DNA of 64,000 bases from a virus (lineage: Duplodnaviria > Caudoviricetes), in the IMG/VR virus record IMGVR_UViG_3300035696_000034, positions 1 to 64,000 of that record, one strand, 5' to 3'. Position 1 is the first letter of the stretch; each line of letters begins with the position of its first letter. Of the stretch, positions 8,941-17,061 are shown in pieces. The notes beneath the pieces were generated by a model that worked only from the letters and a program-made list of their open reading frames with translations, was not told where the DNA came from and searched no databases. The translations under genes and the position numbers were made by a program.

Positions 8941-9047
8941 GAGGACTAAAATGCTGTAGACTTTACATTAGGTTTTCAAACCGCCATAAGTTCACTTCTA
9001 TTCAGTGTATCTGTATTTTAAACACAAACGAATAGGAGTAAACAATG
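8941..9047 (+). promoter_or_regulatory. Candidate translational switch: mini-ORF with two in-frame TAG codons plus SD-sequestering hairpin
   Basis: GAGGA-ATG CTG TAG ACT TTA CAT TAG GTT TTC AAA CCG CCA TAA (8951-8989); 8994-9003 pairs with 9030-9039 covering AGGAG of ORF 9045. Confidence 0.45.
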
Positions 9048-9380
9048 ACTAAGCTTCTGGAATTGAAACAGAACCTTAAGCAGTTGGCGGATTCGATCCG
9101 AAAATCGAAGGCAGCGTATAAGCAGTGTCAGAGAGAACATAACGGTTGCGACGGCTATTGGGATAAAACTACGCCTTGGAAATGGATTGGTGGCTACACC
9201 TCAATCCTCAGCAAACTTAAAAAAGAGTTCAGACATAAGCATATAGCTTATTGCCTACTCAGAGGAGTCCCACGTGATGTTATCGAACATCCTGCAGAAG
9301 ATAACAAACCTGACGAAAACCTTATTCGGGAGATCATCCATGCCTACACAGATGCGGATGTATGTGTTAGCAAGGCGTGA
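9045..9380 (+). CDS. Conserved phage hypothetical protein
   Basis: FRHKHIAYCLLRG motif; SD AGGAG. Confidence 0.75.
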   Translation: MTKLLELKQNLKQLADSIRKSKAAYKQCQREHNGCDGYWDKTTPWKWIGGYTSILSKLKKEFRHKHIAYCLLRGVPRDVIEHPAEDNKPDENLIREIIHAYTDADVCVSKA

Positions 9381-9648
9381 TCTCAGCGAGACCTACCGTC
9401 TGGTGCAGGCGATGCATGCTCTAGCGCAATATGCCATAGAGTATCCTAAGGAATTTCATTTATGGAATAATACGACCATAACAGTACTGGGAGTCAGGAA
9501 TCTCATCGAGCTCAAGATATGGCATATGGAACTCCTGAAGAAAGAGAAGATTTTTTCATCTTTCTATGAGCCAGATCTTGATGGTCAAGTTACGGCCATA
9601 GCTTGCTATGACGATGGGAGGATCTTTAAGGATCTGAGACTGGCATAA
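9340..9648 (+). CDS. Peptidyl-tRNA hydrolase 2-like protein
   Basis: MYVLARRDL...VQAMHA...FYEPDLDGQVTAIAC, Pth2-like pattern; start moved to ATG9340 (SD GGGAG). Confidence 0.7.
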   Translation: MPTQMRMYVLARRDLSETYRLVQAMHALAQYAIEYPKEFHLWNNTTITVLGVRNLIELKIWHMELLKKEKIFSSFYEPDLDGQVTAIACYDDGRIFKDLRLA

Positions 9649-9655
9649 GAGAATT

Positions 9656-9799
9656 GGATGCCTTTATACTTTAGATGCACGAAAGCAGATTGTTATCTGA
9701 CCGAACGGGGGTAAGGTGCCTGGTTCTGTCTCCGTTTCGCAAGAGGTAGCTCCTCGGAGCTGGTAGTAGGGCAGTGTGCATTTAAATATGAAGGCATCC
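9656..9799 (+). ncRNA. Candidate structured ncRNA (unknown class)
   Basis: Long closing helix GGATGCCTTTATA..TTTAGATGCAC / GTGCATTTAAA..TATGAAGGCATCC enclosing three hairpins; T run follows. Confidence 0.55.
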
Positions 9800-9845
9800 T
9801 TTTTAAAAGCAGAGAAAAAGAATTGAAACAGAACTGAGAAATATC

Positions 9846-10226
9846 ATGACTTCTTTAGAGTTACATCGCAAAGAACGAGAATTTTTAGAAGAATTATATT
9901 TATCCTTAAAAGTAGTGGATCGAGTTTTATCTAAATATCAAAAAACTCCACTAGAACCTGATTGTGTGAAAGAAGCTAGGAAACTAATGATAGATAAGAT
10001 AACTACTTTTACATCTAACATACCCGATAGATTAATCAGAGAAACAAAAGAAGAAGCTAAGGCTGAGTTAGACAAATGTCCTTGGAAAGATGATAAATAT
10101 GGAGAATGCTTAAGCTGTAAAATTCGCAGAGAATTAGGTTATGATGACTATCACAGTTGTTGGGGTAATCCAAGTAACACACGACATAATTTTTTATCAC
10201 ATCTTACGTGCACAGATGATCGATAA
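9846..10226 (+). CDS. Hypothetical protein
   Basis: 126-aa ORF. Confidence 0.55.
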   Translation: MTSLELHRKEREFLEELYLSLKVVDRVLSKYQKTPLEPDCVKEARKLMIDKITTFTSNIPDRLIRETKEEAKAELDKCPWKDDKYGECLSCKIRRELGYDDYHSCWGNPSNTRHNFLSHLTCTDDR

Positions 10227-10228
10227 GT

Positions 10229-10327
10229 GGTGGCAAGATCTATAGGCTTAGCGGCTTGGCTCCGTAAGTGAACCGACACGATCACGCACTTGCGCCTGTT
10301 GCCCTCGTGAGCTGGCAGGTTGCCACC
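10229..10327 (+). ncRNA. Candidate structured ncRNA (unknown class)
   Basis: GGTGGCAA/TTGCCACC closing stem; inner CGTAAGTG/CACTTGCG and CCTG/CAGG helices; GC-rich intergenic island. Confidence 0.5.
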
Positions 10328-10360
10328 TTATTTTAAACCATTAATCCAAGGAGATGAATC

Positions 10361-10624
10361 ATGAAAGTAGTTACTGCTCAGCCAACTAGAAAGTCAATAG
10401 AGCCATTCGAAATAATGCTAACACTTGAAACACCCAAAGAGATGCTTATGATGGCGGCAATATTTAACTCCTCAAAAATCGCAAACGCAGGAGGCTTGTC
10501 TGACTCAAATAGCAGTGCTGCTTGTATACGGTACGCCATTACTGAGCATCTGAGGAAAAACGGAATCACAGACTATTACGGGGCATTTACGGTTAGCGAA
10601 GTACCTGACTGGGCTAATAAATAG
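10361..10624 (+). CDS. Hypothetical protein
   Basis: SD AAGGAG. Confidence 0.6.
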   Translation: MKVVTAQPTRKSIEPFEIMLTLETPKEMLMMAAIFNSSKIANAGGLSDSNSSAACIRYAITEHLRKNGITDYYGAFTVSEVPDWANK

Positions 10625-10631
10625 TAAATAT

Positions 10632-10759
10632 AGGTGCCCTGCTGCGTCTTGCGCCCGGCCAAAGAGAAGGGCATATAGTAATATGCTTTAGGGAATAGCG
10701 CCCCTCGGTAAGCGCTACTGAGTGGAGTGGTGAAAGTCCACGGACGCAGCTGAGCATCT
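10632..10759 (+). ncRNA. Candidate multi-branch ncRNA (unknown class)
   Basis: AGGTGC..GCTGCGTC / GACGCAGC..GCATCT closing stem with hairpins GCCC/GGGC, GCATAT/ATATGC, TAGCGC/GCGCTA, GTGGA/TCCAC. Confidence 0.55.
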
Positions 10760-11386
10760 ATGATTTATGTAGATAAATTAAAACGGTACTCAAGTAAAAG
10801 CTCCATGTGTCACATGTGGGCTGATACTGTCGAGGAACTTCACAAGTTTGCTGAAAGTATTTCTATAAAAAGATGTTGGTTCCACGGAGTTAGAAAAGGT
10901 CACCCACACTATGGTCTAACTCTTAGAAAGCGTAGTTTAGCCATTACTAATGGAGCGACAGTCACAGACTATCATAAATTCATAAAGGAGAAAAAGATGC
11001 ATAAATACGAACTTTCTCAAGGCACTCCAGAGGGCACGGATTGGACTATAGATTTAGAACATGAAAAACTTTTTACTCAAGAAGAATTTGCTAAAGAGAT
11101 GGAAGATATAATTTGCGAAGCATTTGAAGAAGAACTGAAAGATCTAAATGCGTATGTTTTTAAATCTACTATGGATCGGAAAATATTGACTGAAACTCTG
11201 AGAAAGCACGGATTTATATTAGATCTATCTGAACCTGATGCCCGGTATATTTATGAGCCTTTTTGCAGAGATTCTGATCCTGATAATAAATTAGATGTTG
11301 TGCTGGATAAAGTTGAAGATAGACGCAAAAAGCGGCAAGAAGAAAGACGGAAAACCAGAGAATCAGAGAAAAGGATGACTTTTTGA
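10760..11386 (+). CDS. DUF4031-like N-terminal domain fused to an unknown domain
   Basis: MIYVD...MCHMWADTVEELHKFA...WFH...PHY; internal SD AAGGAG before ATG10997 suggests two fused genes. Confidence 0.65.
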   Translation: MIYVDKLKRYSSKSSMCHMWADTVEELHKFAESISIKRCWFHGVRKGHPHYGLTLRKRSLAITNGATVTDYHKFIKEKKMHKYELSQGTPEGTDWTIDLEHEKLFTQEEFAKEMEDIICEAFEEELKDLNAYVFKSTMDRKILTETLRKHGFILDLSEPDARYIYEPFCRDSDPDNKLDVVLDKVEDRRKKRQEERRKTRESEKRMTF

Positions 11387-11907
11387 AAAAAATAAGCAAT
11401 GCCGCAAGTACTGTAATATTCTCCACAAAAGGAGGGTGCCCTTGTTGGGACAAAGCCAACAGAACTTGTAGCGCCCCTAACGGTCCTGTTTACTGCGGAA
11501 ACGATCCTCATTCCGGACCTTCTGGTCACTGTCCATATCCAGATGTCCCTGAAGACAAAAAACAACATGGAGTTCCTTCTAGCTATAGCGTTCAAAACGG
11601 ATGTTGGAACTGTCAGCACAAATATGTATGGATTCAACAAGATGAAGATGTTGTATATTACTGTCATGTAGACAAGTCAAAACGACCTTTAAGTGACACC
11701 TATGACGAAAGTCATGTTACATATATGAAAAATAAAGGTCTAGTTTTTGGTAGAGGAAATAAAAAGAAAGATCAGCAGTATTATAAAGAAATGACAAGAC
11801 TAGACAGACTTTGGCGGAATTGGGCTAAAAAACATCTTGTACAAGAATCGGGCATATGTTCTAAGCATCTCCCTATAGCTCAGTCTGGTCAGAGTAGGGC
11901 TCTCTAA
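11383..11907 (+). CDS. Cys/His-rich hypothetical protein (3' end runs into the suppressor tRNA)
   Basis: ORF track; CWNCQH and YYCH motifs. Confidence 0.5.
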   Translation: MKKISNAASTVIFSTKGGCPCWDKANRTCSAPNGPVYCGNDPHSGPSGHCPYPDVPEDKKQHGVPSSYSVQNGCWNCQHKYVWIQQDEDVVYYCHVDKSKRPLSDTYDESHVTYMKNKGLVFGRGNKKKDQQYYKEMTRLDRLWRNWAKKHLVQESGICSKHLPIAQSGQSRAL

Positions 11908-11942
11908 AAGCTTTTACCTGGGTTCGAATCCCAGTAGGGAGA
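11869..11942 (+). tRNA. Amber suppressor tRNA (anticodon CTA)
   Basis: CTCCCTA/TAGGGAG acceptor, GGGCT-CTCTAAA-AGCTT, CTGGG-TTCGAAT-CCCAG; A73, no encoded CCA. Confidence 0.8.
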
Positions 11943-12020
11943 TTTGAAAACTATAAATTTTAAAATAGTCTTGGATTCTCTATTTCAAAAAAGTATATTA
12001 CTCTTGGAAGGAAAATATTT

Positions 12021-12853
12021 ATGTTTGTGAAGATCCCAGTTTTTCTTTTACTCTGTATAGCTCTATCTTTTGCCTCTACGCCGGAATGGTCAGACAGTCT
12101 GCCCAATCACACTTTGACTCCAGGCAGTGTGGACAAAAAGACGACACTTAACGACGGTCCAATTTTCGAAAGGGTTTCGATGTCAGCATTTCATCCCGTC
12201 GATAGTGAAGAGCCATTCAAAACTGCAAAAGAAGCTGAAAATGATTTTCTGTTACTGATGAAAGCTCAATGTATTTGTGTGAGTTCAATGAAAACGCTTA
12301 GCATCGCAGACATAGCACAAAGGAGATAAACATGACAAAAACTGAGTTTGATAATCTTCAAAAAGGCGATACAGTCATCTCAAATGTTGTTCCTACAATA
12401 ACGTACGATGTTGACAAAAAACAAAGAAATGGTTATAAAATTATACATTCTTCAATAATGACAAATCCGCAAGCCTGGGATATAGTCAAGAAAAAGAAAA
12501 GTTCAAAAACACGAACGAACAAACTTTAAGGTGACACATGAAAATCGCAGCAGTCCAGCTTAACACAAACGTCGGTGACTTTGAGAGAAACAAGTCTAAA
12601 ATATTTGAAAATATCATGCGTGCACATGATCAACAATGTGACATGACCAATAAAATTGGGTGGCAATGACAAAATCCTGAATCTATGGCCTCAAAAAAGA
12701 AACTCATATTGGAGCCCTGAAAAGAAAAAGAAGCTCGCAGAACAGTTGTTATATGCCGTCTGTAGAGGTCAGCTTACACTAAAAGAAGCTCAGGAAGCTA
12801 TAGCTAAAAACTGGATAGAGGCATATATAAAATATGTCAAAAACGCAGAATGA
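12021..12853 (+). pseudogene. Split paralog of the exported HNH-like protein at 22081
   Basis: N-part (signal, LPNHTLTPGS) ends near 12150; C-part (LGGNDKILNLWP...NWIEAYIKY) starts near 12653; about 500 bp of unrelated DNA between. Confidence 0.65.
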
Positions 12854-13097
12854 GAAATGGAGGATTAAAATGGTTTTTGAACAATCTTATAGCATTAAGA
12901 TTAAAGTTGTAGGCAAATCTACCATGCAGATGGAAATGTTCGAGGAGATGCTCCGCTCCATCGTAAAAGCATATAGTTATAAATCAAATGTAAAGATTAT
13001 TCTGACCGACAGTAAAGGGAATGATGTTGTTGATGGTACTTATTCATTTGCTCGGTATTCAAATGGCTATCCTTATCCAGAAAACAAGACGGAATGT

Positions 13098-13133
13098 GTT
13101 CAAACTTTGTCGCTGGTTCAAACTTTGTCGCAG
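13098..13133 (+). repeat. 18-bp tandem duplication inside ORF 12834-13148
   Basis: GTTCAAACTTTGTCGCTG then GTTCAAACTTTGTCGCAG. Confidence 0.85.
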
Positions 13134-13167
13134 GATACGAATAGATAATAAAAATAGAAGATATCAA

Positions 13168-13998
13168 GTGACCAAAATACTCTGTCAAGGATCCAATAAC
13201 ACCATAGGCGATTTCTTCTTCAGCGCTGTTCCACTAGCTCACATCAAGAGTATAGAGCCTGACTGCGTCATAGATGTTATCCTGACAAAAGAATCCAAGA
13301 CTGATTATCTCTACGAGCAATGTAGATTTCTGAACTCTATTATAAAACTTGATGATGCCTCTGATAAAAGCGTATATGAATATGGAAGTAAGAACGCATA
13401 TACGTCAGTATCTCTGTTGTTAAAGAGTTCCCATCTTTTAAAAAACATTCAGTTTCATGCTCTAAGGACTTGGTTTAAAACCGAAAATCTGCCACCTCCA
13501 AACATACCGCAAGGAAGATACACACTGGTACATGTAACCAGTTCAACTAACTACAGCAGGCCAAGAATCCCTTTTTTATCTTCATTTTTGAGTTACATAA
13601 CTGAATCAGGCATCCAACCCCTTTTTATCGGGACTAAGCAAGACGAAGAGTTGTTTAAACAAAGCTATCCGGACTGTACCTACTTCAATAATTTGGATCC
13701 TAGTTTGCTCAGATTTGGATTAGATAACGTTTTTCAAACTATGGCCAATATAGCAAGATGTGAGTCGGCTTTAGTCTTCAGTTCGTGGTCGGCATATGCG
13801 GCAGTACTACAAGGAGTACCTACAATAGAACTGTGGAACTATGAACAGCACAACTTTTTCAATCCTTATGTAAAATTAATGCTCGGAAACCCAGTGCATT
13901 TGTTACAAGACAGGTTTGATATAGCTCCTTCGCCTTTTCTTTTCTCACAGTGCTTACCACTGATGAAAAACTATGCGCAGCTTGTGTATGGTTGGTGA
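13168..13998 (+). CDS. Glycosyltransferase (GT9/heptosyltransferase-like)
   Basis: NTIGDFFFSAVPLAHIKS, LVHVTS, LFIGTKQD; GTG start chosen. Confidence 0.6.
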   Translation: MTKILCQGSNNTIGDFFFSAVPLAHIKSIEPDCVIDVILTKESKTDYLYEQCRFLNSIIKLDDASDKSVYEYGSKNAYTSVSLLLKSSHLLKNIQFHALRTWFKTENLPPPNIPQGRYTLVHVTSSTNYSRPRIPFLSSFLSYITESGIQPLFIGTKQDEELFKQSYPDCTYFNNLDPSLLRFGLDNVFQTMANIARCESALVFSSWSAYAAVLQGVPTIELWNYEQHNFFNPYVKLMLGNPVHLLQDRFDIAPSPFLFSQCLPLMKNYAQLVYGW

Positions 13999-14057
13999 AT
14001 CTGATTTCTAATAATGTCCTAATAGCGTCTACTTTTATTGGGGCACAGGAAAAATAA

Positions 14058-14603
14058 ATGATTAAAAAAGTCGTAGTCCTATCACGGCAGTGGATCGAAA
14101 GATTCATTGATCAATTGAAAATAATACCTGACATAGAAGGTGGTTGGGCTATCATATCCATTTTCAGCAGCGACATCCTTTTGAATCCGAAGAACATAGA
14201 GATACTTAAGAAACTCGGATGTCACGGCCACATAAGTTTACAGTTTGCAGATGTCACAAAAGAAAATTATGAAAGGGCCAAAGATTTCTACGATGAAAAG
14301 AATCTTTATCTGTTTAATGAAATGCACGCGAAAAGTATTTTAAATTTTATTGATGAAGTGCAGAAAAATGATAAGATTCAAACATTGGTCGTACATTGCT
14401 CTGCAGGCATAAGTCGGTCAGGGGCTATTGGCCTTTTCGCTAGTAGATATCTACATATAGACGAAAAAGAATTCTGGAAAATAAACCCAAATCTTGCCCC
14501 CAATAGTTATGTACTTCATCTTTTACTGGAAACTTCTGGAATAAAAGATGATTATATAAGATTTTGGGAAAAACTTGATTTTGATCCAAAAAATATTTTT
14601 TAA
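14058..14603 (+). CDS. Protein-tyrosine/dual-specificity phosphatase-like protein
   Basis: VVHCSAGISRSGA = CX5R motif. Confidence 0.88.
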   Translation: MIKKVVVLSRQWIERFIDQLKIIPDIEGGWAIISIFSSDILLNPKNIEILKKLGCHGHISLQFADVTKENYERAKDFYDEKNLYLFNEMHAKSILNFIDEVQKNDKIQTLVVHCSAGISRSGAIGLFASRYLHIDEKEFWKINPNLAPNSYVLHLLLETSGIKDDYIRFWEKLDFDPKNIF

Positions 14604-14615
14604 TAGGAGGATTTT

Positions 14616-15143
14616 ATGGATAGAAAGGTGTTACTTGTAGTTTTGTTGGCTTGCGCATGTGCTTTTGCTTGGCATGGTGGAGACAGAGGAAATGTCCGTG
14701 AAGGATTTCATGGAGAATTCCGTGGATCTAACGGATATTACAGCGGATATTACCATCCGTTTTGGTTCCCAGGAGCTTTTGTTCCTTATCTCCCCTATTA
14801 CACAATAGTCGTTGTAGGAGATGATTCATATTACTATTGTGATGGTACTTATTTCCTGTCGAGCCCAGGTGGATATGTAATTGTAGACGATCCTATGGTA
14901 TCCCCACCTGTGACTGTTCAGCCAGAGCCCACTCCAGCATCTAAACCTGCTCCAGTCGAAAAAGCCCAGGCTCCTGCTCAACAGAAGACTTCTGATACGA
15001 TATCAATCAATGTCCCTAACTCAAAAGGCGGATACATTGCTGTGAAGCTTATAAAGCACAAAGACGGATATCTCGGTCCACAGGGAGAATATTATGCAGG
15101 TCATCCTACTGTGGCTGAACTTAAAGCTTTGTATGGTGACTAA
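14616..15143 (+). CDS. Exported Gly/Pro-rich protein (DUF6515-like)
   Basis: Signal peptide; YYYCDGTYF...GGYVIVDDP; SD AGGAGG. Confidence 0.55.
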   Translation: MDRKVLLVVLLACACAFAWHGGDRGNVREGFHGEFRGSNGYYSGYYHPFWFPGAFVPYLPYYTIVVVGDDSYYYCDGTYFLSSPGGYVIVDDPMVSPPVTVQPEPTPASKPAPVEKAQAPAQQKTSDTISINVPNSKGGYIAVKLIKHKDGYLGPQGEYYAGHPTVAELKALYGD

Positions 15144-15959
15144 ATGCCACTAAGATTCGTTTATGCGACGGACATCCACGGAGACCTCAGCAAATATGAA
15201 AAGGTGTATCAGTTCGCATTAGATCACGATATAAATCTGATACACCTAGGTGCTGATCTTTTGCCAAAAGGATCAGACATAGAAGTCAAACAAAAAAAGT
15301 TCATCAAGAAAGATTTTAAGAATTTCTACGAAACTTGCGAAGATAAAGGCATAAAAGTTCTCAGTTTTTTCGGGAACGACGATCTCTACCCGATGAAGAA
15401 ATATTACAGAGAATATGCTGATCTTCTGGACGAAAGACCTTACACTCAAGACGGCTATGAATTCAAGGCTTACGGATATGTGCTCGACTACCCGTTCGGA
15501 TTGAAAACTGCATGTAAGCTTGACTATTCTGGGTGGAGATTCCCGGAGGAATACATAAGCGCTCCCTTTGAATACACTGAAAAAAAAGGTTGGGAAACTG
15601 TCAAGGATTTAGGAAAATATTTTGCTAAAAAAGGGACGATAGAGGATGATTTAAAAAAGATCCGTGCTACAGATAAAACCATTATGGCTATACACATGCC
15701 GCCACAATCCTTGAATCTAGATGTGTGCATAGATGGTCGGAGAGTGGGATCTAAAGCTGTATTGGACTGGGCTGTGAAAAATCAACCACTTGTGCTCTTA
15801 ACTGGGCACATTCATGAGAGCCCTTCTGTTACTGGTACATGGAAAGTAGCAGTAGGAAAAACCCTGGTCATTCAACCTGGTCAATCAGAACTTGATACTG
15901 TTTTAGTCCTAATCGAACTCGAGGAAGATGGCGTAAAAACTTACCTGGTCAAGCTTTGA
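15144..15959 (+). CDS. Metallophosphoesterase (Icc-related)
   Basis: TDIHG, GADL, GNDD, HMPP, GHIHE motifs. Confidence 0.88.
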   Translation: MPLRFVYATDIHGDLSKYEKVYQFALDHDINLIHLGADLLPKGSDIEVKQKKFIKKDFKNFYETCEDKGIKVLSFFGNDDLYPMKKYYREYADLLDERPYTQDGYEFKAYGYVLDYPFGLKTACKLDYSGWRFPEEYISAPFEYTEKKGWETVKDLGKYFAKKGTIEDDLKKIRATDKTIMAIHMPPQSLNLDVCIDGRRVGSKAVLDWAVKNQPLVLLTGHIHESPSVTGTWKVAVGKTLVIQPGQSELDTVLVLIELEEDGVKTYLVKL

Positions 15960-15986
15960 TACTCAATTAATACCCTTTGCAATTTT

Positions 15987-16415
15987 ATGGCTTCAATACA
16001 AATACGCTCTGAGCGCAACTATGGGGGTGCGAAGTTCCTGGATTTCACCATGGACGGTAAAGAGTATGTAGCTGTCCCCAAGATAAACGCAGATCAAAGT
16101 TGGCTGGATGAGTTTAAAAGCCTACTGGGATTTTCAGGTAAATATAACCTGAATCCCTTCGCTACTCCAATTAAAATGGATCCGGCTAAATCTCAAAAAT
16201 ATAAAAATATGCGAAGCTATGACAGAGTCCGCTACAGCTGGAATAAGGACGACACTATAAAGGCTAAGCCTCATCCAGGATTAAAAGATTACATAGACGT
16301 AGTCCCGAAAGCTGGGCTGGATCAATATCTCAAGGAAAGAGTAGTCCCAGAAGCAATACAAACTAAAATGGTCCTAGCAAGCATCAAAAAATATCTTCAA
16401 AGCTGTGAGCAATAA
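15987..16415 (+). CDS. Hypothetical protein
   Basis: 142-aa ORF. Confidence 0.6.
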   Translation: MASIQIRSERNYGGAKFLDFTMDGKEYVAVPKINADQSWLDEFKSLLGFSGKYNLNPFATPIKMDPAKSQKYKNMRSYDRVRYSWNKDDTIKAKPHPGLKDYIDVVPKAGLDQYLKERVVPEAIQTKMVLASIKKYLQSCEQ

Positions 16416-16474
16416 CCTTTTCATATTTAAATTCGTTATATAGGTTTGTAAACAATCTTTAAAAGGAGCATATT

Positions 16475-16717
16475 ATGGCCGGAACAGATAGCACTTTTAG
16501 TGCTTATGGATCTGAACAGAGTAACACAGCCCAGGGGACAGTCTCTATGAAAGACCAGGGAAACGCAGGTCTGGGTAATCCTCAGGGTGACAGAGTCGTA
16601 AATACCGAAGGCGAGAACAAGCTTATCGAGGACGGATTCTTTGGAACGTTTCAACAGTCTACAAGACTGACGAACTCGATTCAATACAACCCGGCGTCTC
16701 TTTATCCGAATAGCTAA
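16475..16717 (+). CDS. Small Gly/Asn/Thr-rich hypothetical (possibly virion) protein
   Basis: SD AAGGAG; low-complexity polar composition. Confidence 0.6.
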   Translation: MAGTDSTFSAYGSEQSNTAQGTVSMKDQGNAGLGNPQGDRVVNTEGENKLIEDGFFGTFQQSTRLTNSIQYNPASLYPNS

Positions 16718-16734
16718 GATAGCTAAAATAGTTC

Positions 16735-16763
16735 TTGCATATTTCTGCTTTCGGGTGTATATT
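16735..16763 (+). promoter_or_regulatory. Sigma70-type promoter of attenuator/tRNA array B
   Basis: TTGCAT-17 bp-TATATT followed by TAGTA. Confidence 0.75.
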
Positions 16764-16797
16764 TAGTAGGATTCAAAAAACAGGAGAGCTACTTTCA

Positions 16798-16893
16798 ATG
16801 ACTTCTCGCACAATCATGACGATCATCAGTATGGCTATCATTAGTGATTTTGATAGCATGGATGATTTCATGTCTCAGCGGGAGTTTTTTTGA
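16798..16893 (+). CDS. Attenuator leader peptide B (MTSRTIMTIISMAIISDFDSMDDFMSQREFF), Met/Ile/Ser-AGY/Asp/Phe-sensing
   Basis: SD AGGAG at 16782-86; 18 of codons 6-25 are ATG/ATY/AGY/GAT/TTY, matching array B tRNAs. Confidence 0.85.
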   Translation: MTSRTIMTIISMAIISDFDSMDDFMSQREFF

Positions 16894-16962
16894 TAAAGTA
16901 GCATAACACAGAATCAAAAAGAGGCTCCCGCCGAGAGATCGACGGAAGCCTCTTTTATTTTA
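16801..16962 (+). promoter_or_regulatory. Transcription attenuator B
   Basis: 16878-16893 GCGGGAGTTTTTTTGA pairs with 16914-16931 TCAAAAAGAGGCTCCCGC, exclusive with the terminator; leader CDS itself folds back (GCTATCA/TGATAGC, ATCATC/GATGAT, CATGA/TCATG). Confidence 0.8.
16917..16962 (+). terminator. Intrinsic terminator of attenuator B, directly before the first tRNA
   Basis: AAAAGAGGCT...AGCCTCTTTT plus ATTTTA. Confidence 0.88.
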
Positions 16963-16963
16963 T

Positions 16964-17043
16964 GGCAATGTAGCTCAGTTTTGGTAGAGCGGTGCTCTCA
17001 TAAGGCGCGTCAGTCGGCGGTTCGATCCCGCCCATTGCCACCA
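16964..17043 (+). tRNA. tRNA with CAT anticodon (elongator Met or Ile2)
   Basis: GGCAATG/CATTGCC, loop CTCATAA, CCA. Confidence 0.88.
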
Positions 17044-17061
17044 GGTAAAAAGAAGGTTTTT

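Noticed and set aside
9656-9799. Hammerhead ribozyme (CTGACCGA and GAAA present)
   Set aside because: The core is not CUGANGA and the motifs are in the wrong order relative to the stems.
11943-12000. HDV-like theta ribozyme downstream of the suppressor tRNA
   Set aside because: The 3' flank is AT-rich with no nested pseudoknot.
13098-13133. Short direct repeats (also 22645-22684) as CRISPR remnants
   Set aside because: Only two adjacent copies with no spacer, inside coding regions; no CRISPR array was found in the window.
16981-17061. ORF-track starts lying inside tRNA genes (16981, 36088, 38925, 8662-type extensions)
   Set aside because: For 16981, 36088 and 38925 the extensions translate tRNA sequence, and SD-backed starts exist downstream (17062, 36196, 39036).
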